A DNA stretch of 64,000 bases, taken from NCBI GenBank assembly GCA_017416185.1, contig JAFQDF010000033.1, positions 92,634-156,633 on the forward strand, written 5' to 3'. The DNA is from Clostridia bacterium. GTDB taxonomy: Bacteria > Bacillota > Clostridia > Oscillospirales > CAG-272. The notes below the pieces were generated by a model. That model was not told where the DNA came from, searched no databases, and was given only the letters and a program-made list of their open reading frames with translations. Both the position numbers and the translations under genes were made by a program. Each line of letters begins with the position of its first letter. The stretch's first letter is position 1. This document shows, one piece after another, positions 61,555-64,000 of the stretch.

Positions 61555-63339
61555 TTAAAGCTCCCACTTTCTGGTTATAAGTCTTCTGTCAGCCGCCTCG
61601 GTGAAGATCCAGTCAAATTCTACGCCTGTGCCGTAGAAATGATGGTGAGCCCACTCGATGGGAGGACGGCGGAAGTTCAGCTTGGGAGGCCAAGCATAGC
61701 CTTCCTTCCAACAGCTGTCGTATCTTACGGTGTCGTTGTAGAAGTTCTGGTTCTCAACAACATACCAGAGCTGGGTATCTCTGTCGCCTCTTACAAAGCG
61801 ATCCTCGTACTCGAGACAGAGCTTAACGAATCTCCACTGGATGGAGGAACGGTGAACGTGGTCAACAAGCTCCTTGTCGCCTGTTTCCTTTGCCATGTTC
61901 TCGGCATCCTCCCACCACTTCTTGCAGTCCTCGTATCTTGCCTGATAGTCTTCAAACTTGATAACCTCGAAGGGATCAGAGAAGAGGTCGCAGTGATTCT
62001 TCTTTGCTGCTTCGTTTATGAAGTTGATCCAGTTAAGGATGTTCTTCCAGCCGGGACCGTAGTATGCTTCCATAAACTCGTGCATATGAGCATAATACTC
62101 TTCCTCAGGCATATAGGGATTCCACATCAGCTTTGCGTGGAGGTAGGAGCGAAGCTCTGCAAATTCACAGTGATTGGATATGTAGTTAGCCTCGGGATAG
62201 TAGCCCTTTACGTTATTTTCGGCAAACCATCTCATATTCTTGGGCATAATATCAAGGTTGGGGAAGGGACAGTGGAACCAGGAATAGTTTACGGAGTAGT
62301 CCCAAACATAGATCTTTGATGCCTTTTCGTTCCAGCCCTCAAGGTCGCGCTTGAAGTCTGCGTTCTGCTGGCAGGAGTCATCGTTAAATGCGTGGTTGGG
62401 ACACATCTCCATAGGACAGAGCTTGATAACGATGTTATCACGGCACTTGGTCTTGGGAGGCTTACGGGTATACTGGTAAGCAAAGGTCTGGAACTTCAGC
62501 TTGGGATGAGACTCCTTGAAGGCATCTGCAAGCTGGTTCATAAAGTAGATAAGCGTGCCTGCTCTGGAGCCTTCTTTCTCGTTGATCTTACGGCATCTTT
62601 CACACTTACAGTCGTTCTGGTTATCGTTCTGGGAGATTTCAAAGAGCTCGATCCAGGGACGCTCTTCAAGCTCCTTCTTGATATTTTCGATAACTATCTT
62701 GATGTTTTCGGGATCGGTAAGACAGGGCTGTCTGTCACTTGAATCATTGAAATAATGACCCATTGAGTGGATAGCGCCGCCCCAGCGAAGCTCGCCGCCG
62801 TATTCCTCACCGAAGTCGCGGTAGTTGCCGTTGATATGAGCCTTAACAGCCCACTCCTTGGGTCTTGCACACTTCCAGTCAAGCTCACGGTATTCAAATA
62901 CGGGAGTGTAGCTCTCGCTTAACTCGCCGATCTCGATAGCTTCGGGAGCCTTACATACCTCAAGATCATTGGTGAAGAATCTCCAGCCCATATATCTCTC
63001 GATAAACTCGTATGCGCCGTACATACCGCCTCTGCGGCTGCCGCCTGCGATAAGCAGCTTTGTACCGTCGGTACGGATAACATATCCGTCCTCCTCGAGG
63101 GGAGTGCGGTCAAAGGCGAGCTTACCTGTCTCACGGTCGCTCTTACCTACGATGATCTCACGCTCAGCCTTTACGCTGCCGTCAACGATATCAAGCTTTA
63201 CACCTGTGGTGAGCTCAATATATTTTACAAGCTCCTTTGCTCCTGTCTTCTCAGAGGGAAGAGACTCGGGTGCGCTGACGATAACGTACTCGGATATGTC
63301 AGCTCCCAGGAGCTTCATTGTTCTTTTGGTCATTTCCAT
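61555..63339 (-). CDS. DUF4838-like protein (putative glycoside hydrolase), cytoplasmic
   Basis: GH67/GH20-type N-terminal domain (EDGYVI, GGSRRG.MYGAYEF), QPCLTDP, SQNDN, FAYQYT, VWDY. Confidence 0.72.
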   Translation of the reverse strand: MEMTKRTMKLLGADISEYVIVSAPESLPSEKTGAKELVKYIELTTGVKLDIVDGSVKAEREIIVGKSDRETGKLAFDRTPLEEDGYVIRTDGTKLLIAGGSRRGGMYGAYEFIERYMGWRFFTNDLEVCKAPEAIEIGELSESYTPVFEYRELDWKCARPKEWAVKAHINGNYRDFGEEYGGELRWGGAIHSMGHYFNDSSDRQPCLTDPENIKIVIENIKKELEERPWIELFEISQNDNQNDCKCERCRKINEKEGSRAGTLIYFMNQLADAFKESHPKLKFQTFAYQYTRKPPKTKCRDNIVIKLCPMEMCPNHAFNDDSCQQNADFKRDLEGWNEKASKIYVWDYSVNYSWFHCPFPNLDIMPKNMRWFAENNVKGYYPEANYISNHCEFAELRSYLHAKLMWNPYMPEEEYYAHMHEFMEAYYGPGWKNILNWINFINEAAKKNHCDLFSDPFEVIKFEDYQARYEDCKKWWEDAENMAKETGDKELVDHVHRSSIQWRFVKLCLEYEDRFVRGDRDTQLWYVVENQNFYNDTVRYDSCWKEGYAWPPKLNFRRPPIEWAHHHFYGTGVEFDWIFTEAADRRLITRKWEL

Positions 63340-63471
63340 AATTCTTTCTCCTAACGGGAATGTATAGTCACACTTATTATACAAAAAAGACCTGCAAAAA
63401 GCAAGTCTTTTTGGCAATATTAGAAATATAAATAATTAACGTTGTTAATGCGATGAATTTGTGTTATTTCA

Positions 63472-63500
63472 TTGACATAATTACATTACTTTGTTATAAT
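63472..63500 (+). promoter_or_regulatory. Consensus sigma-A promoter
   Basis: TTGACA-17 nt-TATAAT with extended -10 TG. Confidence 0.75.
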
Positions 63501-63542
63501 TACCCTGTATTACAATGCTATTTATTTAAAGGAGATATAAAA

Positions 63543-64000
63543 ATGGCAAACAGAGAACTTGTAAAAAAGCTGTATGACGACATTTGGGATATGCCCTTAG
63601 TTGACCTTCATACACATCTTGACGCTGACCATCTTGCAGCAAGAGGTCTTCATGACATCCTTCTGTATCATATGGTAATTTCCGACCTCTATGCAGCAGG
63701 CTGTCCCGACGGCGACAGACTCAGCGAGGAGCCTACAGAGGAAGAGGCGCTCTACCGCCTTGAGCGTGCTATCCCCTACGTTAAGCACATCCGCGGCACC
63801 AGTTGCTACTGGGGCGTTCGTATAATCCTTGAGGACCTCTACGGCTGGACCGAAGAACTCAACGAGGATAACTGGAGAGAGTGCCACGAGCTCATTAAGT
63901 CTAAGGGCTGCGGCGCAGAGAGAGCTAAGGAGATCGCAAAGAAGGCTAAGATCGAAAAGTCTTCCACAGAGCTCTGGAGAGCTAAGGGTCACAAGCACGA
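63543..64000 (+). CDS. Amidohydrolase-superfamily protein, uronate-isomerase-like (runs off window)
   Basis: Not in ORF track; AAGGAG RBS; MANRELVKKLYDDIWDMPLVDLHTHL (DxHxH), LLYHM..SDL. Confidence 0.7.
   Translation, partial: MANRELVKKLYDDIWDMPLVDLHTHLDADHLAARGLHDILLYHMVISDLYAAGCPDGDRLSEEPTEEEALYRLERAIPYVKHIRGTSCYWGVRIILEDLYGWTEELNEDNWRECHELIKSKGCGAERAKEIAKKAKIEKSSTELWRAKGHKH

Noticed and set aside
63597-63998. 133-aa minus-strand ORF
   Set aside because: Shadow of the real plus-strand gene starting at 63543, which has a consensus promoter and RBS

Overview
AT-moderate Firmicute-type (Clostridia-like) chromosomal region. It is dominated by two paralogous, minus-strand surface-polysaccharide operons (cluster 1: ~17.6 kb to window start; cluster 2: ~57.6 to 26.9 kb). 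Both share the order priming sugar transferase - HpcH aldolase - 2-hydroxyacid dehydrogenase - glycosyltransferases - EpsG/Wzy - GT4 - LicD - giant secreted phosphodiester-glycosidase (NAGPA-domain) repeat protein(s) - more GTs - flippase, and each has a divergent nucleotidyltransferase paralog upstream. Two unannotated non-coding systems stand out. (1) Three HDV-like self-cleaving ribozyme folds (2768-2834, 32195-32266, 39951-40026, minus strand) each sit ~30-35 nt after the stop codon of a giant surface-protein gene and behind a stable hairpin, suggesting ribozyme-driven processing of polysaccharide operon mRNAs. (2) A ~320-bp candidate invertible promoter (17578-17896) is bounded by dif-like 11-6-11 inverted sites next to a tyrosine recombinase and is assembled in the apparent OFF orientation for cluster 1. 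Also present: an HA-repeat SF2 helicase, an ECF sigma/anti-sigma pair, an HTH-DUF3990 putative toxin-antitoxin pair, a SASP gene remnant with hairpin repeats, and two DUF4838-like proteins. All calls are by eye from sequence and motifs; no database searches were run.
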